DNA of 64,000 bases, from assembly GCF_018350175.1 (NCBI RefSeq), contig NC_058372.1, positions 75,020,001 through 75,084,000 on the forward strand. Reading direction: 5' to 3'. Below the pieces are notes generated by a model. The model searched no databases, was not told the origin of the DNA, and worked only from the letters and a program-made list of their open reading frames with translations. Of the stretch, positions 36,903 through 49,139 are shown one piece after another (position 1 is the first letter of the stretch; every line of letters starts with the position of its first letter). The position numbers were made by a program, and so were the translations under genes. The stretch comes from Felis catus. Its lineage: Eukaryota.

Positions 36903-38569
36903 TATGTCTATTGTTATACCAACTATGAGCAAGTTTATGTAGAATAGATTGCTTTAACTATTGCTGAAAGCATGTACACTGAGGTCTTACTCAGGCTGAG
37001 TTAGCTACAGAAAGATTAAAAAAAAAAAAAATAGGACAAGGACAGCAGCCCATCTTTAGGTTTCCAAACACAAGAGCCTAAGCCCAAATTTCACATACGA
37101 TGGTAGCAATGTGCCAGAAAATGCTAGGTGTCTGTTAGCTATAGTCAACCAAAGGCCAAGCAGGCAGTATTTGGTTATCCAGACAAGTGTACCATGAGGG
37201 AGCAGAGTCCAGTCAACAGGCTAAGGGTAAGGGTAGGATTCTAATATCGGTAGAAGAGCTGGTAAGAGAAACTCTAGAACGGGAATTAAAAGTCATTCTT
37301 AATTACTACCTGGCTTGGTTCAGACTTGGAATAGCACTGATTTTGTAAATATGAACAAAGTAGCCCTGTCTCTAAAAAGGGGTACAGGAGCAAGAAATCA
37401 AGCTGAGCAAGAACTCTTCCCTGTTTTAGTCTTACTCTCTTGCACTATGGTTTCATGTGTAAGCTGTCTTCAAGTGGTTTAGAAAGTAGACTATTAATAT
37501 GAGAATGTACTTCCTCATAGTACTAAACATATAATTGAAATAATAATTTTCTTCGGTTTCTACGTTTGGTTTAACATATTTGTATATGTTTAATACAAAG
37601 ATTTTCAATTATAACTCATCTTCTGGCTTTCAGCCTTACTTACAGCCAAAACAATTTTTTAAACTGGAGCTAATTTGAAGTGTTTTCTTTTCATGAAAAG
37701 CGAATATGTCCTCCTCTGCTTACTTAACCCTTCTCACTTTTTTACAGATAAATTAATTTCCTGCCTATGTAATTGTCTCATTTTACCTCTTAAAATCTTG
37801 CCTCTCCCCAATACAGATAAATAAACGTTTGGCCAGTGAGGTAACAAATGAATGGACCAATAACACAGTACCTAAAACACAGTAAAGGCTCAATAAATGA
37901 GTTTAATAAGTGAGTGAATGGGAACTCATAGGTAATAACGACATTGATGAAGAGAACGGATTTTTCAGAAAATTTTAATTTGTGAAACAAGCCAGGAAAC
38001 TCTAAGGGTCCTTCTGATTAGCTGAGGTCAGATACATAGGGAAATTAAAGGCAGACTGCCTGGCACTTTTTACAGATCAACTGGCGTTCCTCCAAGGAAT
38101 TCTAGACATTATTACAAGCTGTAACTTGCTAACTGCATATTAGTCCTTAAAACACCTTCAAGTAAGGTTATAATCATTCAAAAGTAAGGGTTTAAAGGGT
38201 TAATCACTGCTGTGTTGTGAAAATACTATAATTTTGTTAGCATAGCAGTACATTTTGATTGGGATTTGTAACAACTTTGTAAAATAGCTAAGCTGCCACT
38301 GTGACTCATGATTCCTGACCCAAGTTTCATCATCTTTTCTTCTTAAAATCTGCTCAATTTTAAAAATAAACTAAAAACATTTTTCCATAAACTTGAATAA
38401 GCAGATGATGAATTTCTGCTGCAGCAGCAAGTTTCATGTCTAAGAATTAAATTACAATATATGCTTTGCCTACGGACCACAGAGTTAGGAAATAGTTGTT
38501 TTAAACCAAGTGTGTTGAATCACAAACACTGATAAATAAACCATCATACAATATAGCTTTAAATAATAA

Positions 38570-38850
38570 TGTGATATGCCATTAAGTCAACAAATATTTG
38601 TTGAAAACCCATCTGCCAGGCACTTTCTAGGAAAAAAAATCATTGTGGAGCTTACATTCTAGGAAGAGAAGACAGGCAATAAACGAATAAGTAGGTAAAT
38701 TGTCTGAAATGTTAAAAAGTGGTGGCACTACAGGAAAAAAGAAGAGTAAGCGAGATCTGGAGACTAGTATGGGAGGAGTGACCATTTAGCCTTAGGATGG
38801 TTAAAGGTGGGAGGTTCATGGAGGAGGGACATTTGAATGAAGACTTAAAG
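38570..38850 (-). mobile_element. L2 3' fragment
   Basis: caacaaatatttgttga...tgccaggcactttctagg...tggagcttacattctag. Confidence 0.7.
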
Positions 38851-38939
38851 ACGGTGACTGCCCCACTGGTGTACAATACATTGATAATTACTCTTGTAAA
38901 TGTCCTTTTGAACAGCCCTCACATGTCTGTATATTTATA

Positions 38940-39450
38940 TAGATGATGTCATTCCCTTGCCTAAAACTTCAATGACTTCCTATTGCTTTAGCATAATGTG
39001 CAATCTCCTTAATTTGTTCTATGACAACCTCTGTGATCTCATCCCTGACTCAACCTCCAGCCCCCTGCCTCTTTCTCTTTTTCATTCTGCTTCAATCATG
39101 CTGGATTTATTTTAATTCCCTCTTGCGTACCAGTGGCTTTCCCACTTTCTGGTGTTACTGTGAACATTTCTCTCTTCATGTAATTATTCTCCCGGATTTT
39201 TACCTGGCAGACTTCCCAACTAGCTGTCCATCCCCCCTCCCAAACTATCCCCTGTTCTTAGACTCTTCATTGCACAGCAGTTTTGCCTTCCCAGTCCTTA
39301 TTACAATCACAAGTAAATATGTAATTATTTGTTTAATTTATGTTTTTCCTGATAGACTGTAAACAAATTGATGATAGGGATGTTGTCTCATGTCTGCCCT
39401 GTTCATTACTATGTCCCCAGTGGCTGGCACAATATTTGTTGAATGTACAA
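38940..39450 (+). mobile_element. L2 3' fragment
   Basis: gatgtcattcccttgcctaaaacttcaatgacttcctattgc...tagactgtaaac...aatatttgttgaatg. Confidence 0.7.
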
Positions 39451-39699
39451 AGCATGCTTAAAATGGGTGGGTGGGAGGAGGGAATTCATGTTGTTGGGCT
39501 AGGTGGAAAGAGTGTACCAGATTAGGATGGGAAAGTGATGATGAAAAGTATTTCCCTGAATGAACTTAATATACTATTAAGTTAAATGGCTGGGATGGAA
39601 AGACCATTAAGATTCTTAAGTAACTCTTTTAGGGTATATTCTTCCCATGGACTGATACATAGCTGGCAATGAGTCTCCTTAAATAATGATTATAGACTA

Positions 39700-40060
39700 G
39701 AACATGTAGATATTGGTGTTCTTCTCCAAACATTCCAGTTCCCCCCAACACTTTGCTACTGTGTTAAAGTTGGGTGTGGCCATGTGATCCTCTTTGGCTC
39801 ATGAACTAAGTGAATACAGGATGTGTCACTTCTGGCAAGAAGCTTTAAGAGTCACCACACAATTGGTCACCTTTCTTTTTCTGTTTGCCACAGTTTCTGG
39901 CAGTGCTTCAGGAAGCAGCCAGTCTGTTAGCAAGACCCTGAGTGGGCATGACATGGAGCTCTCAGTTGACCCATTAAGGATGTGGAGTAATTCATCTCTA
40001 CTTGATTAAGTCACTGAAACTTTGGGTGATTTTTCACAGAATAACCTATCTTGACTGATA
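39700..40060 (+). mobile_element. MaLR LTR (MLT1I/J-like)
   Basis: gttgggtgtggccatgtga...atgtgtcacttctggcaagaagctttaagag...taagtcactgaaactttggg...cttgactgata. Confidence 0.7.
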
Positions 40061-40299
40061 AGAAATAGGAGGTTTTGAGGCTTGGTTGTACAAAGAAATG
40101 TTCAAGTACCGGTACTGAGATGGAAAACTGAACTCATCTCTCTCAAACTGGTACCTCCGCAAGACCACAAAGCCAAAGGAGACCGGTCATCCAAAGCAGA
40201 GCAGTTAACTCCATCCTACACACTTTCCTTTCCCTCGTTCCCCACTGGCAATCTACCACTTCCCCCAATGCCTCCTGAATACCTACCCTTCTACATGCA

Positions 40300-40540
40300 T
40301 TTCATTTTCCACCTGTCTCTGTCTTGTGTCCAGTCCTCACCATTTCTCTCCCAAGAGTCTCTTAACTTATATCCCTGTTTCCATTCTCACTCCTCACTAA
40401 TTCATCTTCTGAGTTGTTGCCAGAGTGATTTTTCTAAAAGAGAGCTCCGATCACACTTGTCTTCTATTTAAAGCTCTCCAGGGAATTCTCATCAACGTCA
40501 GGATTAAGTCCAAATCCTCAGCAAGATGTATTCAAGCAGG
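40300..40540 (+). mobile_element. L2 fragment
   Basis: gccagagtgatttttctaaaa...gatcacacttgtcttctatttaaagctctcca...ggattaagtccaaatcctcagc. Confidence 0.6.
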
Positions 40541-40866
40541 ACATTTGAGACCCCCCGCCCCTACCCCAGTCCTCTACAAGCTGAGTTGGATGCCCATCCT
40601 CCGTATTGCTATAATATCTTACACATACCTCTCCAATCACAGCAACTCCCAGCCCTTGCCAGCTTTGCAGCAGCAGCACATTGAGCTGCAAGGATTGCCC
40701 AGCCTCTCCAGGGTGGCACCCCTCAGTTTTGCAAATCCTGACTGGCAGCTAAGCTAGTGGCTGGAAGAGACCACCCACCATGCTTGCAACAGAAACAACC
40801 AGCCTTGTATTTCTGCTTTCTAATTCATTTTCTTTTTTCCTTAATAAAACAAAAGTTTTATATCTC

Positions 40867-40868
<2 letters not shown>

Positions 40869-40900
<32 letters not shown>
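40869..40900 (+). repeat. (TG)16 microsatellite
   Basis: Directly visible. Confidence 0.97.
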
Positions 40901-40903
<3 letters not shown>

Positions 40904-42003
40904 TGAACATATTCAGTCTTGAAATGTTCTTCCTTGATATGTGTGTTTCCTATATGTGAATCACAAGTCCCTCTTCCAAATCTCTTTATCATTGGATGTT
41001 GCCTTCTCAGGGTGTATTGCCATAAGAACCTGAACAAAATAAAAATTTAAGTACAGACTATTCTTTTCAACATATCTCCATTACATTTAAGTCCTATTGG
41101 GTTTATAATGGGGGGAAAAAAGGAGAAAAATAACCAATGTCAACTAACATTGTCATAAGGTCAGAAACCAAAGGCCCTCAAACCATGCTCAGTGGGACCA
41201 AATCTCCATGTGGTCCTATTCCAAGGAAAACACGTTATTGATTTAAATGTACTTCAATATCACCCAAGCATGGAAATAGATTAAAAATGCATGTTTTTGT
41301 GTTACAAGAAAAGAAAAGGTAATGGTCTAGTTTGAAATACTAGGACCACATGACTCGGAAGATTATATAAGGATAAAGGGCTGTGGGACCAATGATAGTT
41401 GAATGTTTCTCTATTATATCCTCCTGCCGTCGGGCAACAGTTCATTTAAGTCATTTTGTACTAAGGAAACTCTCTTTTTGTAAAGACTTGAGAAATGAAT
41501 TCCATAAGCTGTCTTGATCGTTCATTCCACTGGGATCCCTTGGTGATCCCAAATTTGTGTCTCAACATGTTAGCTGCTTCCTAATTTCCTCAGTACCTTA
41601 GCTTTTGGCCAACCTTTTTAATCTTTAATTTTAGTAATCTGGCTTGTTCTTGTTTCAAAGTTCTCTTTGTCAAGGGCACATTTTAATGAACATTCATTTG
41701 GGTAGGTTTATACATTCAAAAACACATTTTTTTGGCCTTGTCAGAAAAAGTGATGCAATAATCAGGCAGAATTTAAAAAATATAAATCACATTTTAAAAA
41801 TTCTTTGGTAGCTAAAAGTAAAATAAAAATTTTCACTTAGTAATTAAGATTTTAATAGTCATTTTTCCAAAGTAAAAATTCTTTCTTCTTTCCATCTTAA
41901 AGTTTATTTTATAAGCCATAACATGAAATGAATGTTTAATTTTAAATAAATGGGAGATGATGATAATAGCCATATTCATAGATGCTTTAAAGAACACCAA
42001 TGA

Positions 42004-42230
42004 GGGGTGCCTGGGTAGCTAAATCCATTGAGCTTCCGAGTCTTGATTTCAGCTCAGGTCATGATCTCACAGTTTGTGAGTTCGAGCCCTGTGTCAGGCT
42101 CTGTGCTGATGGTGCAGAGCAGCTGGGATTCTCTCTCCCCCCCCTCTCTCTCCCCCTCCCCAGCTCATGCATGCACACGCTCTCTCTCTCAAAATAAATA
42201 AAAATAAGCATTTAAAAAATTTTAAAAAAA
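42004..42230 (+). mobile_element. CAN-SINE
   Basis: Head ggggtgcctgggtagct, CT tract, A tail, degenerate TSD ending aatga. Confidence 0.93.
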
Positions 42231-42939
42231 CAACGAATGATGGAAAGGCCATTTTCTTATTTTTAATCAGGTGCCATCAATAAAATACTTCCTTTTATCC
42301 AACAAATTTTCCTGGTTTTTTTCGCTTTGGTTACCTCCCAGAAAGCCTGAAGTTTCTGTTATTTGTCACCTTGACATTAAAGCAAAGACACTGAATACTG
42401 TTTTCTTCTGAAGATACTCTTCAGATGAATCCACAAGACCTAAAAGGGGAGCGAGAATGCTCCTCCTGGAATAACCTCTAACAATGGGCTTGCTGTTGCT
42501 CAATCATATCTGCAATTGACAGGTCCATTGATTTCATCTAGTGGACAAACCAAATACCTCTCTTGATAGCTTGTTATGTATCAGACTCTATCCTAAAAGT
42601 TGCATATACGGTAAGCAAGTAGATCTGATCCTGCTCCTGTAGCACTAGGGGACTAGCTTGAGCTAGTTAACCAAAATTTATTTGGAAGTTTCTCAACGGT
42701 GTAAATCATTGAAGTGAGTCTTATCAATCACTAAGCATGTAGTATAGCAGTACAGACTATAAAGCGATATTCCAATTCTTCAAAATGAAATGAATGAGGA
42801 GATGTCTATTTGGTTATCTGGCACATGACATTTCTCAACTCTTACAAAATACCCTGTTTTAGAGCAGATGATGACCCTTACGAGTCAATAATTAATTTTG
42901 TCAAAAGTATAACTGTGCAAAATATATTTTTCATACATG

Positions 42940-43152
42940 TTTTTAAAAAAATTTTTAATGTTTATTTATTTTTGAGAGAGACAGAGTGCGAGTGGGGGAG
43001 GGGGAGAGAGAGCGAGACACAGAACCTGCAGCAAGCTCCAGGCTCTGAACTGTCAGATCAGAGTCGGATGCGGGGCTTGAACTCCTGAAAAGTGAGATCA
43101 TAACTTGAGCCAAAATCGGACGCTTAACTGACTGAGCCAGCCAAGTGCCCCT
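42940..43152 (-). mobile_element. Felid CAN-SINE
   Basis: TSD tatttttcat. Confidence 0.93.
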
Positions 43153-43182
43153 ATTTTTCATTGACCTTTTTTTTTCTAAAGC

Positions 43183-43381
43183 TTTTTTTTTTTAACATTT
43201 ATTTATTTTTGAGAGACACAGAGTGAGCAGGAGAGGGGCAGAGAAAGAGGGAGACACAGAATCTGAAGCAGGCTCCAGGCTCTGAGCTGTCAGCACAGAG
43301 CCCCACGCGGGGCTCAAACTCACCAACCGCGAGATCATGACCTGAGCTGAAGTCGGACACTCAACCGACTGAGCCACCCAG
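43183..43381 (-). mobile_element. Felid CAN-SINE lacking the extreme 5' end
   Basis: Body intact; ends gagccacccag without gcgcccc. Confidence 0.93.
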
Positions 43382-44279
43382 AGGCTCAGAGGACTGTACA
43401 CTAGGCAATTCTATATCCAAACAAATCAGACATATGAAGCCCTTAGAGCTGAAAAGCAGTCTATTTAAGAATAAACAATTCATCTACTTAAAAGGCATTC
43501 TATATGAATTTCATAGTAGCACAAAATAACATGCATTTATTATTCTAATCTGAAGAACATGACAGTCACTTCAGGTAACTTGTTCTTGAATAAGCAATAA
43601 GGTCAGTGGCTTAAAAAAGAAGAGTAACAGAAAAGGGGAAACAAATAGAGAGAAGCCAAATGTACAGTTCTGGGTATGTATTTATATATCCAACACCTGC
43701 TACTGAGAAATTCTGAAGACCTCATTCCATGCATGCTATACTAAAAGGAACCATTTTATCATGTGCGCATTTGAATTGGTGCATTAGATAATATTCTTTT
43801 GTCCACTAACTTTCTACATGCTGAGATTCCCTGGATTGTGAAATGCCACTAATTATGGTGTATGAACACATGGTAATTCGGTTAGCACACAACAAAGGGC
43901 AAATTTGTTTTATTCAGTTATTTGTATTGCCACAGGGCAAAATTTACTCATCACTACAGTGTGGGGATTTAACATCTTCCGTCACACTCATCACTCTGTA
44001 ATACGTATAAGTGGAACCATTAATGTTTTCTAAGGTGTCCACAAATAACTTTGCGACCATGTGTTTTCATTTTATGTCTTTCCTTGATGCCTATATTAAA
44101 ATAAATTTGTGGCAAATTGCTATTAACCTCACAATTAAGCTGGCTCTTTAGCTAAGTATGGACAGGTGTTAACCGCCCACTCACAAGCATTACTGAAACT
44201 GAACTCAAACGTGTATGACTACAGAAATAGCCATATATGTTGCTAGTTTACTTTTATGATTAGATTTTGAAGGAAAATG

Positions 44280-44572
44280 GCCAAGATTCCACATAAAACG
44301 TGAAAACACACAAATGATATAGTACTTGACAATTAAAACTGAGAACGGGGGTTTTGAACATGTTACTCCTGATGAAACGTGAAAGTAAATGGGTGATGGG
44401 GCACCTGGGTGGCTCAGTTGGTTAAATGTCTGACTTTGGCTCAGGTCACGATCTCACAGTTGGTGAGTTCGAGCTCCGCATCGGGCTCTGTGCTGACAGC
44501 TGGGAGCCTAGAGCCTGCTTCGGATTCTGTGTCTCCCTCTCTCTCTGCTCCTTCCCCACTCACATTCTCTCC

Positions 44573-44616
<44 letters not shown>

Positions 44617-44778
44617 AAATAAATAAACACTAAAAAACTTTTAAAATTAAAGTAAAAGGATGCCAAGATTCCACACAATATATGAAAACATACAAACGAT
44701 ATAGTACTTGACAATTAAAACTGAGAATGTGGGTTTTGAACATGTTACTCCTGATGACATGTTACAGTGAAAGGATGC
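44280..44778 (+). repeat. About 113-bp tandem duplication split by a SINE
   Basis: 44280-44375 versus 44662-44757: 8 mismatches in 96 bp, no gaps. Confidence 0.95.
44398..44648 (+). mobile_element. Felid CAN-SINE with expanded (TC)n
   Basis: Full length; degenerate TSD aaagtaaa(t/a)gg. Confidence 0.95.
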
Positions 44779-45301
44779 CTTTCATACCAGCAAACACTTG
44801 TTCACTTGGTGTTGCCAGTGAATCAGTGAGAAAAACCACTGTGTTTAAAGAACTAAAATCTATGCCAGCTTTCTCATTTTAAGCTTTCTAGTATTCCATG
44901 GGGATAGTTATTGAATTTCCTAAGTACAAACTATGCATTCTTTTCAGTCTTGTTCTTTGGAATGAGAGATTATCAAAAGTCAGGACGAATAGGGTAAACA
45001 TTACTTTAAAAAGATATAAACCTAAAAAGACGAATCTGGATTAGATTCTGTTTTCTGAATAGGGAAGGGTTAAACTAATAGTTCTAGTTCTGGAGCACTG
45101 GGGAAAAATATCATGAGAGCTTACTAAGGGAAAGTGCTAACTTAAAGTGCATTCAGCTAAGAAAATCCCCATAGCAATGGGAAAATGTCAAGAATTTCAT
45201 AGAGGAGGTAAGAGGTCTTTTTCATTTCTATTATGTTTGCCCTGTTGCTAGGGGTTAACATTAGGCAGGATGGAATTTTTTACATGAAGTCACTTCAGGA
45301 C

Positions 45302-45479
45302 TTTTTTTTTTTCCCCTGAGGGTCAGGGGGAAGGGCCAGAGGGAGAGGGAGAGAGAGAATCTTAAGCAGTCTCCGTGCCAGGTATGGAGTCCACTGCTTG
45401 ATCTCATGAACCCTAAGATCATGACCTGAGCTGAAATCAGGAGCCTAACACTTAGCTGACTGAGCCACCCAGGTGCCCC
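45302..45479 (-). mobile_element. Older CAN-SINE
   Basis: gagagaatcttaagcag subtype; TSD aggactttttt. Confidence 0.9.
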
Positions 45480-46189
45480 AGGACTTTTTTAAGATCATGG
45501 TTGTGAAACTGCTTTCTTATATCTGAGTCACTGAAAAGTTATTTTATAAGACAAAGTAATGTCTGAGGCAGAATTGAATTCTGTGAGTGATTAGACAGCT
45601 GATCCGTTAGTTAAATGTCCCTGGAACTTTGTGCTTCCGGCTTCACTTGAAGTCAACTTTAAAGAGGTCAATGAAATGATGGACTGAAATGATGAGGGTC
45701 TTTCATATGAAGACAGAGTCACCCGGGATCAAGTGGAAAGAGTTCTGTTTTTATAAACAACTGAAATCACTTAATCGTGAATGCAACAAAACTAGTTTTT
45801 ACAAACTGGAAAAGTCTCCATTGTATTCTCAAAATAATTCCTGTTTCTTGATGACTGTAAAGAAGCTATCTGCCTATTTGTAATACTTACTGGAAAGCTA
45901 TTTTAATGCAAATCTAGTGATCAAGAAATAGCTGATGAGTTAAAAAAAGAAAGTAACAGTCAATTCTACCTTGTGAAATGTTTATGGCTCCCCTGAGAAA
46001 ATTTACTAGACTTAGAGGAACCTTGGGAAACTATAAAACTAGGGATTTTAGTAAGTAGATAGCCTTACTTCTGAAACCTACAGGGACTATTAGGATGAAA
46101 TGAAAATCAATAGCCATTTAGGGATATCCCACATCAACTTTACAACTTCTGAATATGGAAGAGAGACACAATTAAGATAAAACAATGAA

Positions 46190-46630
46190 ACATACATTTC
46201 ACAAAATCCCCTGGGGACATATTTTCCTTTCTTAATGCAAATACACTGTTTTATCAGGCACATCTGTGTAAAAAATCTACCTGGATTTCAGGAAGGCATT
46301 TTCTAAAACCTCTGATGACAACATAATGGACAGGAGAGACAAGTGTGGAGTGGGTTACAGGACAGCTATATAGATCCAGAAGTGTTCAAATAAGATAGGA
46401 GACCCTGGGTGTATGTATGGGGTCTTATATTTGACAATAATTTTGAGCCAGAAAATTGGATGAAAACACAAGAGACATTTTTATCAAGTTTTAGATGATA
46501 AATTTGCTACTGTGAATATATTGAGAAATAGAATTCATATTCAGAAGAATGCCAAAAGGTGGACTAATTGGTAAAAATTAATGAGATTGAACTTTAAAGA
46601 AAGAGCATGACACTTGCTTTCCAATCCCAA
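46190..46630 (+). mobile_element. L3/CR1 LINE RT fragment
   Basis: From 46275 it reads IYLDFRKAFSKTSDDNIMDRRDKCG (CR1 RT motif YLDFSKAFD), followed by decayed LDE...IKF.DD text. Confidence 0.75.
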
Positions 46631-46651
46631 TGTCTTTCAAGATGTGACAAC

Positions 46652-46847
46652 TTTTTTTTTTTTTTTTGAGACAGAGATAGAGAGCTAGTGGGGGAGGGGC
46701 AGGAAAAGAGGGAGACAGAATCCAAAGCAGGCTCCGCACTGTCAGTGCAGAGCCTGACACGGGGCTCAAATTCAAGAACTGTGAGATCATGACCCCAGCC
46801 AAAATCGAGGTTCAGATGCTTAACTGACTGAGCCATCCAGGCGCCCC
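46652..46847 (-). mobile_element. CAN-SINE
   Basis: Degenerate TSD caagatgtgacaacttt / caagctttgacagcttt. Confidence 0.93.
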
Positions 46848-46882
46848 CAAGCTTTGACAGCTTTCTAAAATTTGAAATAAGA

Positions 46883-47100
46883 GGGGCACCTGGGTGGCAC
46901 AGTCGGTTAAGCGTCCGACTTCAGCCAGGTCACGATCTCGCGGTCTGTGAGTTCGAGCCCGCATCAGGCTCTGAGCCATCAGCCTCAGATTCTGTTTCCG
47001 ATTCTGTGTCTCCCTCTCTCTCTCTGCCCCTCCCCCGTTCATGCTCTGTCTCTCTCTGTCCCAAAAATAAAATAAAAACGTTGAAAAAAAAATTAAAAAA

Positions 47101-47140
<40 letters not shown>
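46883..47140 (+). mobile_element. Young felid CAN-SINE with (TAAA)n tail and internal micro-inversion
   Basis: Perfect TSD taaaatttgaaataaga; young-subfamily marks. Confidence 0.96.
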
Positions 47141-47143
<3 letters not shown>

Positions 47144-47384
47144 AATTTGAAATAAGAGAATGGAACATGAAGAAAAAGACCAATAGATTCTCTCAATGCA
47201 GCAAGGCAGGCTGGCGTCTCTACATGGGGCAGTGACCAATAGGAGCTATGCCAAGAAGTGGCAGAGGATGTTAAAGCTGGAAGTGTAATCTTGTGTCTAC
47301 CTGTGTTGTGCCTTGGAGGATCGGGGGCTGCATTTACACACTAAGGGACACCATAGTCTCTGCAGGTGCAAACAACAGCTTAAG

Positions 47385-47765
47385 ACTGTGACACATAAAA
47401 GGTGAGGTCAGTTCAGGATCAGAGAAAACATTTTATTGTCACTTAGTATTTTGTCTTATAGTTGGGGCAAGGCAGTGGGAGTGTCTCAGTAGAGGGTACA
47501 GTCTGACTAGTAGCATCCAGGTGGCCTGAATGAGATGAGCAGGATTTCTGGTTGAAGGAGTGGCATAGTCCCCAGCAATGAAGGCTGGAAGAGCTGTGGA
47601 CAAAGTTAGTCCTATAGATAAGTGAATCTTAGTCCTAGAAGGGAAAGTGAATTGCATTTTGTAAACAAAGGTAAATTTCCACAATCTGGATTGCATGTGA
47701 GGAGAGGGAGGGAAGGAGTCAGTGGGTATGAGGATGCCGGGGGCCCACTTGGAGTATTTCTTACT
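47385..47765 (-). mobile_element. Possible ancient gypsy-type LTR (MamGypLTR-like)
   Basis: tgtgaca...ttttatt (minus-strand AATAAAA near a ...CA end); recognised by texture only. Confidence 0.3.
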
Positions 47766-47779
47766 CTGAAGTCCCTAGA

Positions 47780-47950
47780 ATCGTATCCTGGCTCTCCCAC
47801 TTAGTAGTGGACAAGCTACTTAATTTCTCTGAGCCTCTGACAACAGCTATCTCAAATGGTTTTTGCAAGGATTAAATGAGCTAATATTTGTAAAGCACTT
47901 AGAGCAATACCTGGCAAATAATCGGTGCTATATAACTATTTGCTAAATGA
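47780..47950 (+). mobile_element. MIR
   Basis: ggacaagctacttaatttctctgagcctc...aggattaaatgagctaatatttgtaaagcacttagagcaatacctggca. Confidence 0.8.
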
Positions 47951-49139
47951 AAATAAATTAAATTAACATTCATATTGGCGAGAGAAATGCAAAGACCCAT
48001 CTAAGCATATAAATGGACACAGAGCATAGACAATCACACAACGGGTGATTGAATAAGCATGGAAAAATACTCAACATTAGTAATAACCAATGAAACACAT
48101 CTTAAAAAGATAACAAGATACCATTATAATGATAATGCTATTATAGACAAGATTGAATGGGATGTTCCTCTATTCTATCATAAAATACTAACTCTTCATG
48201 TTAGGTACACTTGTAGGTACTCGTGATAGAAAAATGAAGACCTCAGTACTTCCTTGAAAGCCTTCCTTACAGTCTAGGTGAGAGACAAACATGTAGACAA
48301 TGATTATGAAACAGTGCGACGAATTGTGTATCTTACTCATGCTTACTGAAACGCTCTTACCCATGATGCGTGTACAAAGCCTATTGGAACAAGCAGGTCA
48401 GGATATTAATCCTGCCTGGCTAGGAGGAAATGACCCAGGAAAGGTCATCTGAGGCCAGGTTATAACAGACAGACACTTACATAGTATTGCTAGGGAATTT
48501 GGCATAGAGTAGCAAAGGACAATAATCACTTTATTTTCCAACATTAAGAAGTTAAACTCAGTATACAGAATATTCATCCAGTAATCTTAGGGGAACAAAG
48601 ATATCCTTAAATACTCATTCCTGGAGAGTTAGGGAAAACTAGCATAAAAAACTCCTATTTTGGAAATAGTTTGGCAATAGTACTGTAGATTCAGAGAGGG
48701 ATTCATCCAACCTTATAATTCTGGGAGTTTATTCTAAGGAAATAAATAGGATTATTTATAATAAAAGTTTGAAATGCTTAGTGAAACTGTGGTACATCAA
48801 CCTGATGAAAAATTTGGCAGAAGATTTTAAAAAGATGAAAATTGTGGAATCCACATAGAAATATGAAAATATACTTAATGTACACAATATACAAAATGTA
48901 AAATGAAATAATACAAGATGGCTTCTATGATGTAATTATTAAACATATAGGAAAACTTAGGGAAAAGTTTAAAGAGTTGACTTGACATGCTTAGATTAGT
49001 GAAATTGTGGGTATTTAAGCATTTTCCCAGTTCCTTTATGATAGTTTATTTTTAAAATAAAAGAAAATGAAAATTTCTTCATATAGGGTCAAAAAGATAA
49101 ATATTGGATTAAAGAGATTGTACTGACAACATATCAGAT

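Larger units (their letters stand above)
35420..37480 (-). mobile_element. Decayed Ty3/gypsy LTR retrotransposon relic (gag-protease, probable LTR at ~37.1-37.5 kb)
   Basis: Minus-strand translation gives collinear gag-like DICLHFQM, FLDCGQILVIKV and DEDEDMEI..TREKHRR, then protease-like VEMIIDN...SLGI; many stops and frameshifts. Confidence 0.5.
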
